From positions 186,001 through 250,000 of the forward strand of contig CT868618.1 in NCBI GenBank assembly GCA_000165425.1: 64,000 nucleotides of DNA, in the 5' to 3' direction. The notes under the pieces are model-generated. The model had not been told where the DNA came from and did not search any database. It was given only the letters and a program-made list of their open reading frames with translations. The position numbers and the translations under genes are program-made. Position 1 is the stretch's first letter; each line of letters begins with the position of its first letter. This document shows positions 27,999-44,336 of this stretch, piece after piece. Source of the stretch: Paramecium tetraurelia (taxonomy: Eukaryota).

Positions 27999-29389
27999 AT
28001 GTCCCAATATCCCCAAACTCAGAGACAACAACGATCAGTAACTAATGTGAACAATGTTTCCTTCGCTGGATCTCAATTTAGCAATGTAATTACGATTTGA
28101 AATAAGAGTAGCAAAAATAAAGTGAAGCTTCACTTTCTCCAATGAAGAATCAAGAATTTGTTAAACCCAAAACACAAAGAGTCTATAAAACATAAACTAT
28201 GAATTCCATGCCTACAATGTAAGGAATTCCTACGATGACAGGAATCCCAAATGCATTTACAGTATAATAAAATTGTGTGGCAGCTCAACCCTTATGCATG
28301 AACATCATAGTAGTTTCTAAAGAAGAAATTGAAATGCCTTGGAGACTTGAATGCGAGTATTTACAATCACTAATTACTGAACTTCAAAATAAATAACAAG
28401 GCAAATCTGTTTAAATTGTAGAGAAAACAATAACGGACAACTCAAGAGTCGAATTGTTAGAGTCATAACTCAAAGAATTAAGAAGACAAAATGAATCTTT
28501 ATAGTATGAATTGCATACATCAAAAATTAATTATGAAAAAGAATTACAAAGAATAAATAGCACATTTGAACTTAGGAGTGCCTAAGTTGAAGATATTTCA
28601 TAAAAAGAAAGCGAATTTTATCTTATTAGAATCAAATTAGAAGACCAAATATCCCAATTGGAAAGTAAAATAAAATAATCAGAATTTCAATTGAGAAGAT
28701 CATCAGATGAAAATGTTAGATTACAATAAATAATTAAGTAATTAAAATTAATAATGTAGTTCTCGAGAATCTGAAATCAATTCTCTTAGAATCCAAATTA
28801 CTTCCATTTAATCTAACACTAACAATAGCGAACTTGCTAGAATCAGAGAATTGGAAACACAAATAAGATACTTAAACTAAGAAATTGATAATGTTAATTC
28901 AAAACTTATTAATTCCAATAATGAAAATTAACAATTAAGAATTCAAATCTAAAGTTTTGATTATAAATCAGATTAATAAAATAACGAACTTATACTTAAA
29001 TTACGAGAATATGAAAGCAGAACTACTATGCTTACATCTGAAATAGAGCGTCTTATTTATTCACTCAAATAAAAAGAAATTGAATTAGAGGAGTGGAAGT
29101 CTAGATATTAGTAATTGGAAATGTCTGGATCTTCTGTTTTCTAAGAAAAAGTAGAATATCTATCCTAAGAAGTAGAAGTTTGGAAATCTAAATTCATCAG
29201 AGCAAATCATGAATTCAATAGATGCTAAGAAGAAATCACTATGTTATAGGCTGAATTAGAATCATTCAAAAAACAAAGAAAAGTATCTTCAATAATTTAT
29301 ATTTTTAGTAAGAATTAACAATTACTTCGAGAGTAGTTACTAAATAAGCAACGACTTAAAATAGTGGTTATAAATAATACTAACAGTGA
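27999..29389 (+). CDS. Coiled-coil (cortical/cytoskeletal-type) protein
   Basis: Extended heptads, MPWRLECEYLQ and TMLTSEIERL motifs, several short introns. Confidence 0.65.
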
Positions 29390-29417
29390 ATATATTAATG
29401 ATATTCAATATTAAAAA

Positions 29418-32065
29418 TCAGATTACTACTCATCTTATACTTATACATCTGAAACGTCTGGATGTGGTGACTAGTATGGTCTATCATTCACTCTTTCAAA
29501 ACATTTAGAAATCTTAGGATTCGATAATGGCGATGGGTTCATCTAATCTAATTCATCATAAACACTTCTTATAAAACTAATCATTTTTAGACTTATTTTT
29601 ACTTCTTTAATCCATCAGATGCACTTTATCCTGATTCTGCTACCAAATTTTCAATAAACTCAACAATATTGTTTAATACTTAATCATTCTCTGCTTTCAA
29701 TGCTAATCTTATACTGTTTGCAAATATTTTGTCATGATTTTCAATCTAAACTTCTGCTTTAAATTATAAATCAAGCAATTGTTTTGCTAAATCATTAGCA
29801 TACAGCAAAATAGTTGGATCACTCAGTCCCAAATAAACATATTCTTTTGTTACTTTAGCAATCTATTCACATGATTCCATATTTTATATTTTAAAGTCTG
29901 TGTTTTAGAAGCACCAATGTAGTAATTCAAAATGACCTAATGGTAAATTTAACAATTTCTATGTATTGAGCTATAAAATAATAATTAATTTATTACTAAT
30001 TCAACTAAATGCAATAGTATCGAAAATGAAACTTATTTTACATATTAAGAGTTGATATTTAGTTTGAATTTAAAGCTTTTATCAGAAGGGATAAAGAAAT
30101 CGTATTCATCAGGTTAATCTTGACTAAATAATGCCCATTATCTTGACTCTTAAGACACTTCAAGAATGATCTTAACGAACAATTCTAATAAGATTTTGCT
30201 ATCCCCCAATAAATCCACGATATGAATTAATGATTGAGTCATAAGGATATCTGAATCTATAGGCAAGGAAGCAATTTCTATTCCTTTTGAAAAATGATTA
30301 ACTTATGCTTTTAAGTCAGAAATAATTCTGTCATTCTCAATAGAAAAGAACTTCTATCCCTGTTAAGGAGACTTAATTAAATTTTAGTAATTTGGTGTTT
30401 TGATAACTGCTCTAATCATTTCACTAAATAATATAACACAGAGACAACGATTTTGCCACCATCTATTTTTTGCCAAAGTCATGACATGTTTATCAATTTT
30501 CACTTAAGAATTAGCTTTTGCTGCGTTGCACAAAATTGCTAAAGCGCTTGAACTCAAAGATGTTGAAGAAGATGAAAAATAGATATAACCATATCGTTTC
30601 ATTTCGTTCCATAATTCTGATGTTTCTTATTCAAAACTTGAAAAGACAGCTAAACATTACATAAAATGTTCAACTGATAAATTCGACTTCATGGTTGAAA
30701 TAACCTAATATTTAAACATAGGTTCTTAAAAGGAACATATCATTTAAATTAGTAATTATTTCTTTTCAAAGAAGACACTCTATTTTATTAGTATACAAAT
30801 TTCTGGTAAAAAGAACTCCAAAAATAGAGATCTTGTTTTCAAAGCATCCTTTTATAATGATCTTGCACCAAATTAATTTACCAAATCAATACAAACATGA
30901 ACTCTTTAAACTGGTAAATTTTAGATACATTAAAAAGTAAATTTAAAAAATTTCCATACTTCATTTGTGTCTTTAAATATGAAATTTATATATGCTTCTT
31001 TCTAAGTTATCAATTCTTAAAAGAATCCATTTACAAAATCATCAGGATATATATCAATTAAATCTATAAAGCTTTATAAAGCTGTTGCATTCTATTTGAA
31101 TTATACTGTTTATACAAATTACGGAAATTATTATCTTTATGATAGAGCTTCATTTAGAATCTACATATGTCTAAAATTCGTACATCATAGATAGATTTAT
31201 CTAATTATTTTTCTCTTGTTGATGTTGCTTCTCTCTTGTTTTCATCCATTGGCGTTTTTTAAAATGAATCCTGTATCTATCTATCATTGTTTGAATTCAG
31301 CTTTTCCTATTGTTTTTCTTACTATTATTGTTCCTCCTTCAATTTCAACAAACTCCCTTAAACAGGTCTGTAACTGATATTTTTGACTTCAATCTAATAG
31401 TTTAGGTTCTCCAAATTTTAACTGATCGGTTTGCTTGGAACTCTCATAAAATTAGTTCTTTTAGATGAAACCGACAATGGAGCATGTTTTTCAGAAAGTT
31501 ATTCTTTTTAGAATTAATCTTCCTGTTTCTGCTCTTCTTGCAATTTCTCTATTCCCTTTTCTTTTAATAAGAATGTCTATGTATTTTGGGTTGATGTAGC
31601 AAATTCTTTAGAATTCACATAAGATGCCAAAGGAGGATTGATAACCCTTATTTAGACAAATTCTATACTTTCTTTAAGTTAGGAAACTATAAATGCTCAC
31701 TAGAAAGTTATAAAGCGCATTCCAATCATTATCTAAAATCTCAGCAAATCCTTTATGATTTGGAACCACTATATCATTCTTTTTAAAGAAGAGCTCTAAT
31801 TGTTTATAATTGTTCTATCTTCTTTCATCCTTTTGTGAATTATCAAAAGAGTGCATTTAAACTCTGCCTGGGTAATAACGAGAAAATATTTCAGCTATCA
31901 AAAAACCATTACTCAAATCTCTAAATAAGTTATCAATACTAGTCTATACCTCCTAGGATCTTTAACAGAATAACTTAAATCAAGCCCTTGAATCCATTTG
32001 ATAATCTCTCTGGGTAATGCTTTTCCTACAGGCTGAAATGCTTGAGTATTTGTGTTAGAACTCAT
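29418..32065 (-). CDS. SPATA4: SPATA4/SPEF1-like CH-domain protein with long C-terminal extension
   Basis: [40 protein letters not shown]...HSFDN...NYKQLELFF matches the SPATA4 CH-like domain. Confidence 0.75.
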
Positions 32066-32405
32066 AAATTTTATTAATATTTTATTATATAAGTTAGATT
32101 TTGATCAAGAATCAAATAATGAATGAAATTTACTGTTACATAGCTTAGTGGCTCTGGAATGATTGCAAATGATACACTGTACATATTAGAGCTAAATATT
32201 AAGATCCTATAAAATTATATATTTCTAAAGAATTTTAGTTTACGATGAGTAAATTCTCATTCATACATAAATTAATGATATGTAGTATATTCGTGAAGAT
32301 ATTTTATTATCTCCAAAATGTATTAGATGAAGAACCTCATTAAAAGGATTAAATTCTCTCTATATTCATAACAATTTAATATACTAAATCTTATATAAGT
32401 AAAAT

Positions 32406-34911
32406 TCATAGATTGTAATCTCTAATAACTTTTTCAATTAATTGTTTAGAGATTGGTTTAACTAAAAACTCTTTGATTCCAATGTTTTAACCCTGGTCTT
32501 TGAGTATATTTTCATCATACCCAGAAGTGATAAATATTTTCATTTGCAAATAAGTCTTTAATATCTAAACGGAGGTTTGGATACCATTCAACCCTGGCAT
32601 TTCCATATCCATAAATATAGCTATATAACCTTTGCAAGATTCACAACATTTTTTTGACATAACCTAATCTAGTGCATCAGTTCCATTAAAGGCTTTATCT
32701 ATCTAAGAATTTGTACTAATTTTAATATAAAATTATATTACAATTGCTTAATTTACATTTCTAATACTTATTAATTAAACACATTATCATCAACTATCAA
32801 AATATGTTTACATTCATTTTGATTGTCTTAAACTACATTTTTATTTTCAATAGATTGTGAGATACTTTAATATTCACGATTTATATTTATTTAATATTAT
32901 TATTAAGTCTAAGCTGTCTAGTTATTTAATCTAATTTCGTTTAAGCATGGCGTATATTCATCTTCCAAGTATATTTATTCGGGCTTAACACAAGGACACT
33001 TGTGATGTAATTATTGAATTCTTAATGTTAAGTAAAAGTAAGATCCATGCTTTGCTTAAGAAGTATCTTGAGAAATTACCTTCAATCCAGAGTTATCATG
33101 AGATAATTATTGAGCTAATTTGTTACTTATCAGTAGACCCAGTCCAACTCCTTGTTCATTTAGATTCTCAGAGAGTCCTTCTTTAATTTTACCAAAAGCT
33201 TTGAAGAGTTTTGTTAAATTATTTTAGGATATTCCAACTCCTGTATCTTCAACTCCAGCACTTACTAATAATCCTTATAAAACTAATTTGATTGATATGG
33301 CTCCTTTTTAAGTAAATTTTAGAGCATTTGCAATAAGATTGACTAGGATTTATTTAAGTCTATTTCTGTCCGTTTTGATTTGGAGACATTTCACATTTGA
33401 AATAACATTCAACTTAATGTTTTTTAATTCCGCTTGAAGTTTAAACATCTATAAGCACTCTTCTCCTAATTCAGTTAAATTGAATGTTTTTTATATTAAA
33501 CTAAATTTATCCGCCTTAATTTAAGCTAAATCAAGTAAATCGTTAGCTAAATTTAACATATAATTAGAGTTTTCCAATACAATTGAAATATTCTGACAGA
33601 TATAATCAAAATTGCTTAGCTATTCTTTAAGTCTACTTAATATATTAATAACTACATTTAGCGGAGATCTGAATTCGTGACTTACAAAAGCTAAGGTTTT
33701 AGATTTAGATTGATTAATTTGAAGAAGTTCCTTGATATTCTTTCTATGAATAACATCTCTCGCAATTATGAATAATAAATCTTCACTTGCGATTGAAATA
33801 CTTATTTCTATTGATCTTTTTGTATTCTCAATTTCAAAACTTGTTTCAACAACCAATACTGGTGCATTTTCAACAGTCTCTCTTCTGAGCTTTTTTGCTC
33901 CAAACACATAAAGCAAACATTTATAGATAGTGTTAGCCTAAATCATTTATGTAATAATACTTAACTAGTCATTGATCTATATCTTGGAGATTGACTTTAT
34001 TCGGTATTTCTTAAGGTAATGTGTTAATCTTAAGAGTAATATTTAAAGAAATTCATCTTTGAATTTTTAAGATATTTTTTTTATTGCTAATTCAGACTTT
34101 ACAATGAAAATTAGGAATCTCTAGGATAAAGCGGGGATTCATCCCTAAATATTTCACAAGGTAACTATTCAAAAAGGGTCAATAAATCATGGTTGTTTTT
34201 TTGAAAAATCTTTTTGCTGATTTAATTTTAATATTCAATTCTGGGTTTTGAGATAGAAACATGATCAAATTTTCCAAATTAAACTATTATGACACCTTCA
34301 GAGAGGACATCAAATAATAAACTATAATCAATTTGTGAGAGCGCATCATTTATTTGAATTTTTTATTGCTTATCTGTACTGATAAAACTTAAATCTTTGA
34401 TTATAGTTCTTTTAGGATTTATTTTCGTTTGAGTTTAGCGAACAGTTGTATTTTGGAATGTATCAAAGGGAGTTTCATGATATCCATTCACAGTTGACTG
34501 ATTGGGCTTTTGTATTTAAATGATATTTTTTTAAGGGAGTAACCACATTAAAAGCAGCATATATAATTTTTGATTTGCAATTACAATATATTATTAATTG
34601 TTCTAATGTGATATGCTACTAATTAAATTTAATTAATATGTAAAACTCAAAAGTAGTATTATAAAAAAAAAAATCCTAATTGTCTTCCATATTCGACTAT
34701 TAGTTAAACTTATCTTGATGTCTGTCTCTTTATGCACAATTTCTATATAAAAATAAACTTGATAAACATTATCTACACCATACATAAATGATTCTACATA
34801 AAATAAAATAATATCCATTAAAATAAGAGCAAGTTTGATTTCTGTTTAGAATAAGCTTTTCTTTTTGAAACACAATAATTCCAAAGCTATCTAGACTAAC
34901 AAATTAATCAT
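32406..34911 (-). CDS. Membrane hybrid histidine kinase (TM, PAS-like, HisKA, HATPase_c, receiver)
   Basis: Hydrophobic N-terminus; FDVLSEGVIIV (PAS-like); AFVSHEFRSPLN (H box); LVNLIANALKFT, VEDTGVGI, GVGLGL; receiver ILIVDDNVFN and IFMDMEMPGLNG. Confidence 0.92.
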
Positions 34912-36105
34912 CAAAAAGTTAATATATTAATTCTTTAAATCCTAATATTAGATGGCCACTCTTATAAATTGAAAGAGCAAAGAAATAATGATTGAAATTT
35001 ATAGTTTGTTCGAACTTGATTAGTTTATCGGCATAGTCAAATTTAAATATAGTTTAATATATAATAAGAAATAAAAATTTATTTTTCCCCATTTAAGGCA
35101 TAATTTGTTTTTCACAGAAAATATTAATTTTAGGGTAACCTTATCAATGGTGTTAAAATTCTAAATTCTTATTATCATAAATAAAAATTGATTTTTTTGT
35201 AATGATTAAGTTCTCCTTATTATTTAAGATGAAATGTCCATAGAATGATAAGTACTCTATGTATAGAAGAAATTCACATAGTAGATGATTTATTTTACAA
35301 ATGTAAACTTAATAATTTTAATGTCTTCATTAAATTTAAAATAAACATCTAATCTTAATTATATAAAAAATATTTCTTTTTCTAATTTAGAGTGAGAAGA
35401 AGATGTTATAATTAAAGTAACTTCTTTTCATTAAAAAATTCTAAATATAACCGAATAGCACTCAAGTCTATTATCATACTAATTTTAAACATTTCCTTGT
35501 CTACCTTCTTTTGGGATAAACATAAAATTTAAAGTAATTATTAGATGATTAGATAATTTGCTGTAGTTTTTTCAGAAATATTTTTAGAATAAATCATTTA
35601 TCAAATAAATTTATATTTTACCATTCAATAACTAAAGCAGCAAAAAGATAAGACTCCTGGTCAAATTGTAAATATTTTACGATAAGTTTTCAACTTTATG
35701 GCTTAATAACCTATGTAACAAAAAGTATAAGTATTACAAATTTTCAAATTAGCCCTTATTTTATTTTAAGATTATATTCTTATTCATAGACATAATTTTT
35801 TTATACTAAAATAATTCAAACAAAACTTCAAATTTATAAAATTGATTCTAAATTCATTCATCCTCTATCATTGAAATTTTTATTATATAAGACAATAAAA
35901 TTTAACTACTGATCTATAATTAGATTTATTTTATTTATTTTCATTCAAGTATAATATTGCACTTATTAAGTTTATAATTTATATCATATATTTCATTACT
36001 TATTAATTTAGATTAGATTCATAATGACTTTATCAAATGTAGTTTCATTATTATCAATCTTATCCATGATTTATATATAAGACATTATTTTAATAATATT
36101 CAAAA

Positions 36106-37097
36106 TCAACATGGTAATATGTTATTTAGCTCTTTTTTTTACTTTATTAATTCTGTGTTTTTATTTACCATTTCTCTCACTTTTTTTGATTTCGGATGAG
36201 AAAGATCGCCTAATTGTAGAGACCAATTCTGTTGATCTATTGGTTAGGAATCATCATTAAAATATTAATAAAGTTAATCCTTAATTTAAGATGGCTTAAT
36301 TGGCATACTAATTTATTCATTTTCTGGATTTGTATTTTGAGTTGGCTATTATTGTTCATCTTAATCAAGATCATTTTTAATGAAATCAGGGAATTACTAT
36401 TATGCAGCAGTCTCCAAATACTTATTATCTAATACTGGATCAGATCTGATCTCTTGGCCTGATTCTAAAGCATCTGATAGAGCTGATTATTGACTTTAGG
36501 ATTCAATGTCCAACTTTAAATGTCTAAGAGAAGTGCTTTTAGAGATGGCTAAGTTATATTTTGAAGGATCCTTAATTTGAGTAATACTGATTAATTACTT
36601 TGATTCGATTTAGCATTCTTTATTGGACTCTGTGGTCTTACATTTTAAAGTCATCAGCAATGATATTTTCTTTCTTAATTTTTTCATCAATAGCAGCCGT
36701 CATCATCTATTAGACTTATTTATTACTATCCATTTATTAGATGAATTATATGTTGTTTTTGATTTATTCCTTTTGTACATGTTGTTATTAAATTTATTTT
36801 GATTCTTGTTTGATTTCTGCTCCAAACATTTTATTCACATAGGGTTTGATCAATAATGCTTGAATTTTATTGGTAAATACAGTGTATCTTTCAGACTTGA
36901 TAGAAGAATAGTGTTCTACAGCTTACTAGATTAGTAGATGAGATTACACTATATAATTATAATAGCTCTTAAATTTCTTCTTTTGAAGCAGCATTCGATT
37001 CAACATCTAATTCTAAGTTTAAGACTTTCTCTGCAAAATTTGAGGGGAGTTTAGGTTATTGTACTGGCTGTTAAGCTTTATTAAATAACCAAGACAT
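36106..37097 (-). CDS. Hypothetical protein
   Basis: MSWLFNKAQQ...FAEKVLNLELDVE...LLQLYS/QAVEHYSS; short introns restore the frame. 3' end approximate. Confidence 0.6.
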
Positions 37098-37115
37098 AAA
37101 AAATATAAAATTTAA

Positions 37116-38946
<1,831 letters not shown>

Positions 38947-38997
38947 CTTATAATAAAAATTTTAATAAATAATTGAAACATCATAATAGTTAATAAT

Positions 38998-39656
38998 TCA
39001 CCCTATCATTGATTTCCTCAAGTACTTCATAGAGAAATTCTTCTTTAATGCGTGTGCTGCTCTAAGATCCATCTATTTTGGCATTGACATAGTTGTTATT
39101 TTCGATTTAATCAAAGATTCTCTTTTCATTTAGCTTTGGGTTTGTTTTTCCTTAACTTAATCTTACCATTCGACATTTCTTTCATACATAGGTTTTCTTC
39201 GGTCAAATATATCTTGAGTCGTTTTCAGAATTTTGGGTGAGAAAGTACACTCGATCAATTCTTATTCAAGTTTCATAGTTTGTGAATCCACATTGAGAGT
39301 TCCTTCTTTATTAATGTTTCTTGTGGAATGATTTATTTAAGAAACATTTAATCGAGCAGATAGTAGACGAGATGTTTATGATAATTAAGGTTGAAAAGTG
39401 CATTTCTTTTTGAATTCCTCTTCCAATCTAAGTGACAGATAGTCCTATTTCTCTTGTTTATGCTTTAAAAAATTTATTCCTGATTGATACATTTCACTAT
39501 TTGGTCGGACTCTCTATGATTTAATCTCGTTTTAACTGATTAGTTCAGATCCCGAAAAGTATTTTTATTTGATATATTTTTGCTTATTTAATGATGATAT
39601 CGTATGCTTTTCGTGAAAATTTGATGTCGACAATAAGCTTAAACTAGCCTCATCAT
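38998..39656 (-). CDS. Hypothetical protein
   Basis: ATG at 39656, TGA-free frame, stop near 38998. Confidence 0.5.
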
Positions 39657-40388
39657 AAATATTAATATTCATTAATTAAAATATTGTTAATCAATATCAG
39701 CAAATTAGATGACACCTATAAGATTAATAATTCGGAGATGCATGATGACTCAATTCAAATACAAAAAGGATTACTTAATGAACTACAAACAATTTTATAA
39801 CAAATAAATAAATCAAATCTGAAAATGTTATTTAAGAACATTAGGTTTTAAATCTATACTCACTTATTAAATACAGTTAGTACTAACTAACAATTATTTT
39901 GATGAATGATTAAGAAATAAACGTTTTGAATATAATGATATTTATATTTGATTTTTATCATTATTTTGCTTGGTAGTTGTAGTTTTTCATTTATCATATT
40001 TCATATATATTTTATGTAATGGATTACAATATAATTTTGATAGAGCTTAAATTGAATTGAGATATGAAATAATGTTTGATGATTACTATAACATAATTAG
40101 TATTGAACCAACATTAATGAATTCTAAGGTAAATCGTCAATACGGGTTGTAGATAGGGTGAATATTAATTGTCTAACTGATTATTCGATAATATTTATTC
40201 ATTAAGAGTGTTGAATTTAATAACGAATTTTTATATTTAAACGTGCCTGTAGAGTGGGTCGATTGTATTATAATTGTGAGTTTAATAAATTAAGATTAAT
40301 GATGAGGACTGGGTATAAATATTTGGTTTCTTAATTGAACTTTATTATGAATAATTATATATATTAAATCAAAAAACAAAAAGAATAG

Positions 40389-41761
40389 ATGACAACTACT
40401 CTTCCTTTTATATCGAAGAATAAGAACTAGTATTGAATTTAAAAATTGTAGTGTGGAAATGAAGGCAGTAACTTGGTAAAAGGACTCTCATGGACTCTTT
40501 GATTATGAGACCAAATCTTTAAGCGTTAAAAAGCATAGAGTCGAAGGATCGTGCAAAGTCTGCAGAGAAGGTTTGATAAGTCGATTTATAATTAGACAAC
40601 GAGATAGTTATTTAGGAAGGCAAAAATAAAGATGAAGCACACATGGCATTAACATCCATTTAAGCTTAAGGAGGTAATATTAAAAATGATTTTGAGACTA
40701 ATATTTTATATAACCTAATCAAAGTTCAACAGAGAATGACAATTATTTGATTGTTCGTAGTTTAAAAAATGCAGATGGAGTGTAGAAGGTACGAATCTAT
40801 ATTTTATACGATAGGGTTACACTTTATAGGAAGGGGACTTGTTGAAATTGGGCAGAGTAGAGTATCATGTCATTGAGATTCGAGATGCAAAGGGATAGAT
40901 CAGATCAGTGAAGGACGTTTTCTAATCGGAAGCAAAGTTGGCCCCCCCATTAGAAGGTGGTGTTGCTAAACAATGCAAAATATGTTTATTGGAAGAGGAA
41001 ACCCCCGAAGATCCCTTCATTACTCCTTGCAAATGTAATGGAAGTTGTGCCTATGTGCATTTCAATTGTCTCAAACATTGGCTCGACAGCAGGGGATATA
41101 AGAAGGAGTCTGGCAACACAATTTCTTACAGATGGAAAAAGTAATCACAATTAATTCTAAAATTCTAGATTAGAATGCGAGGTTTGTTAGGAATTGCTGC
41201 CTTAATAGATCAGATTCAAAGGGAAAGTACTCGATTTGGCATCTCTGGAAAGGCCCAATCAACCATATATAATATTGGAAAATACGCAAATTTCCGAAAA
41301 GGATAAGAAGGCTCAAAGAGGAATATATTTGATCAAAGGGACAGCAGAAGACTAAGTTAAATTGGGTCGCGGTCATCAATGTGAAATTCGTATATCAGAT
41401 ATCTCAGTGTCTAGACTCCATGCATTTATTAAATATGAAAAAGGCAATTTTGTTATAGTTGACAACAACAGTAAGTTTGGTACCTTAGTTCGATTATCAA
41501 CACCATATCTTATCTGTATGGATAAAATTGCAATTCAAGTATGAATACTCATTTGAGACATATTAGGTTGGAAGAACAGTGTTGACATTTGTTATGAAAT
41601 CTTTTTCAAGTTTAAATGGAAATACTCATGCTGGACTTGCAGCTCTACACAATGGAGAATAAGGCAGAATTATGTTTCAGACTGGGTTTTAAGCAGGTAG
41701 TAACAAAACCTCGTCGATTAACAATAACTAAAAAAAGCATGACAAGCACACTGGATAATGA
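40389..41761 (+). CDS. FHA + RING-CH (RINGv) domain protein
   Basis: TWQKDSHGLFDYE; CKICLLEEETPEDPFITPCKCNGSCAYVHFNCLKHWL...CEVC (RINGv); GRGHQCEIRISDISVSRLHA...DNNSKFGTLV (FHA). Confidence 0.92.
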
Positions 41762-41945
41762 TTTTTATTTTAAATACAATCTACAAATACACTCTATATG
41801 ACGTCAATCATAATAAACATTCTATCAAGCTCTAGGTCATGAACTCAATTGGAAATATCAATGGGAAGCACAGAAATTGGGTGTATTTACTAAAAATATA
41901 AACACAATCATATAAATATACATTTTTTTGTAAATAAATCAAACA

Positions 41946-43330
41946 ATGTCATTGAAAGACTTTAAGATGTTATCTAAACTAGGTAAATGACATTTACATA
42001 ATAAAAGGCGATGGCGCTTTTTCAAGTGTTTATAAGGTAAAAAGGATTGAAGATCATCTTGAGTATGCTTTGAAAAAAGTTAATCTTAACAACTTATCTG
42101 ATAAGGAAAAACAGAATGCCCTAAATGAAGTGAGAATTTTGGCATCAATTCGTCATCAGAATATCATAAGCTATAAAGAAGCTTTTCTTGACCCAACCAG
42201 TAATTCCTTATGGTAAATTATACTTTATTCATATTTCTGTAGTATCATTATGGAACTGGCTTCAGATGGAGACTTGTTATAAAAGATCAAAAAATAAATT
42301 AAAGCAAATAGTTCCTTCAAAGAAGCCGAAATTTTTCGATATGCTTTTTAACTATTAAACGCTTTGAAATCTCTGCACGAAATGAAAGTCATGCATAGAG
42401 ATATCAAGAGTGCCAATGTTTTCATGATCAATAACGAAGTCAAATTAGGAGATATGAATGTATCTAAAGTTGCAAAACAAGGCTTACTCTACACTTAAAC
42501 TGGCACCCCCTACTATGCCAGTCCTGAAGTCTGGAAAGACCACCCATACGACTGTAAATCTGATATTTGGTCATTGGGATGTGTTCTCTATGAAATGGCA
42601 GCACTTAAACTCCCATTCCAAGCTGAGGATATGGATGGACTCTTCAAAAAAGTAGTGAAGGGTACTTCTTATTCGTATAATAGGATTCTATCCAAAATTA
42701 CCAGCCGCTTACTCCTTTGATCTATAAAACCTCATAAGGATGATGTTGTAAGTGTCAACAGCATTGAGACCCACAGCTGTCTAATTATTAGAATTACCCT
42801 TTTTCTAGAAATACAAGCTAAATACTCCAGATTCAACTGCTTAATTACTGAATACTATTTAGTTTCCAAAAAACAAGAGTTACATTAACATTTTCCCTAA
42901 GCCTAATTATAAATTTAAGACTGAATCAACTGATAAAGTCGATCTGGAACAAGTGCATCGCAAAAGATAGGCAACCTTGGGAGGTAATGCTTCTATTTTC
43001 TCAAATCCCACTAGACTATCTTAATACGAAGAAAGCAGTAAAATCTAATATTAGCTTATTTTAGATCATCAATCTTAAATACCAATAAAACAAGAACGAT
43101 TAGATTAAATTTAATTAAAATCAAATCGTCACTCTCTTGTTAAATTACTGTCTGATGGTTCTTTGCCTCGTTCTAATAGTAAAGTCCATTCCAATAAGAT
43201 CATTCAAGACAAGATCAGAAAACGATTGCCCATTCCAAACTTATTAGAGAATATGTCTCCGATACTCTGCAAAAAAAGTGTGAGAGTTGGAAATGATTCT
43301 AATTCTACAATGCTACCATAAATTGCTTGA
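41946..43330 (+). CDS. NIMA-related (NEK) protein kinase
   Basis: LGDGAFSSVYKV, NALNEVRILAS, HRDIKSANVF, GDMNVSK, TQTGTPYYASPEVW, SDIWSLGCVLYEM. Confidence 0.95.
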
Positions 43331-43396
43331 ATATTTAGTATTAAATAACTAATTTTAACGAATATATATATATAAAATTAAGTTGCCCCAATATTA

Positions 43397-44234
43397 ATGC
43401 AAGAAATTGACTTGTTAAGGTTACATAGAGAAACGCTGAAGTATCTGGAAATCGAAAGCATCTTTAAACGCTTAACACAAACCTTCATCAATAAAATTTA
43501 CAATCTTGTTAAAGACATTTTTGCTGAAGAACACAAATTCACAATTTAAGTATATTCATAACTGAAAATAGGAATTATTGAAATTGGCCAACTATAAGGA
43601 AATTCCTCTCAAAGATTTCAAATTGGTCGAGCACTACAAACTCAATTCACAAATTTTCAAGACCAATCTATCAACTATTTTTTCTATTATCATCGATGAT
43701 CTCTAAAATACATTCAATAAATAAATTATAATTGAGGAAAGATCAATTCTAGAACCCAGATTACTCACTTAAATTGATGAAGAATCCCAAATCTGTTTTA
43801 CTGAAAATTGTAATGAAATCTCTCAAGAATACTCAAAAACACAAAGAGATGATGTGAAAACAGAAGAAGCACCAATACTTAATGAAGAATCCAAATAAGT
43901 CTAGAAAATCCCATTAGCAAAATTGTTGTCATTCGACAAGATAACTAGTTTATCAGTCGCTAATTCCCCTAGACATTCCAGAGAAAATAGTTTAACTACT
44001 AATACTTTTAGATAATCCAACAAACCAATCTAATAATTGATGCTGAATGCTAATAATGGATCTAAAAAACAAACTGTTACTCAACTGGCCAAAAATAAAA
44101 GCTTGGAATTGAAGTCCATAGCTGAAACTTTAATAGCTCAAAGCAAAATAAGTCCAAAAGGAAATCAAACTATTATCTTTAATAATTTAATGTCCAAAAT
44201 GAATAATCTCAAAGAAAATGTTACAAAACTATGA
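43397..44234 (+). CDS. Hypothetical protein
   Basis: ATG 43397, short introns, final frame matches the ORF-track fragment ending at TGA 44234. Confidence 0.55.
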
Positions 44235-44336
44235 GATTAATTTACTATATATAATATTCTTTTTGAAATTTTATTAATCTTAAGATTATTGTAAACATGA
44301 TATCTCCACTTTAATAATGATTAAAAGTATATAGTT

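Noticed and set aside
40110..40350. GC-richer patches and an ATGATGA as a possible C/D snoRNA
   Set aside because: No correctly placed CTGA D box or terminal stem follows the C-like motif.
41795..41845. TGACGTCA palindrome and ATGAC...GTCAT stem considered as a SECIS or CRE element
   Set aside because: There is no proper SECIS helix and no upstream in-frame Sec TGA; an 8-mer palindrome can occur by chance.
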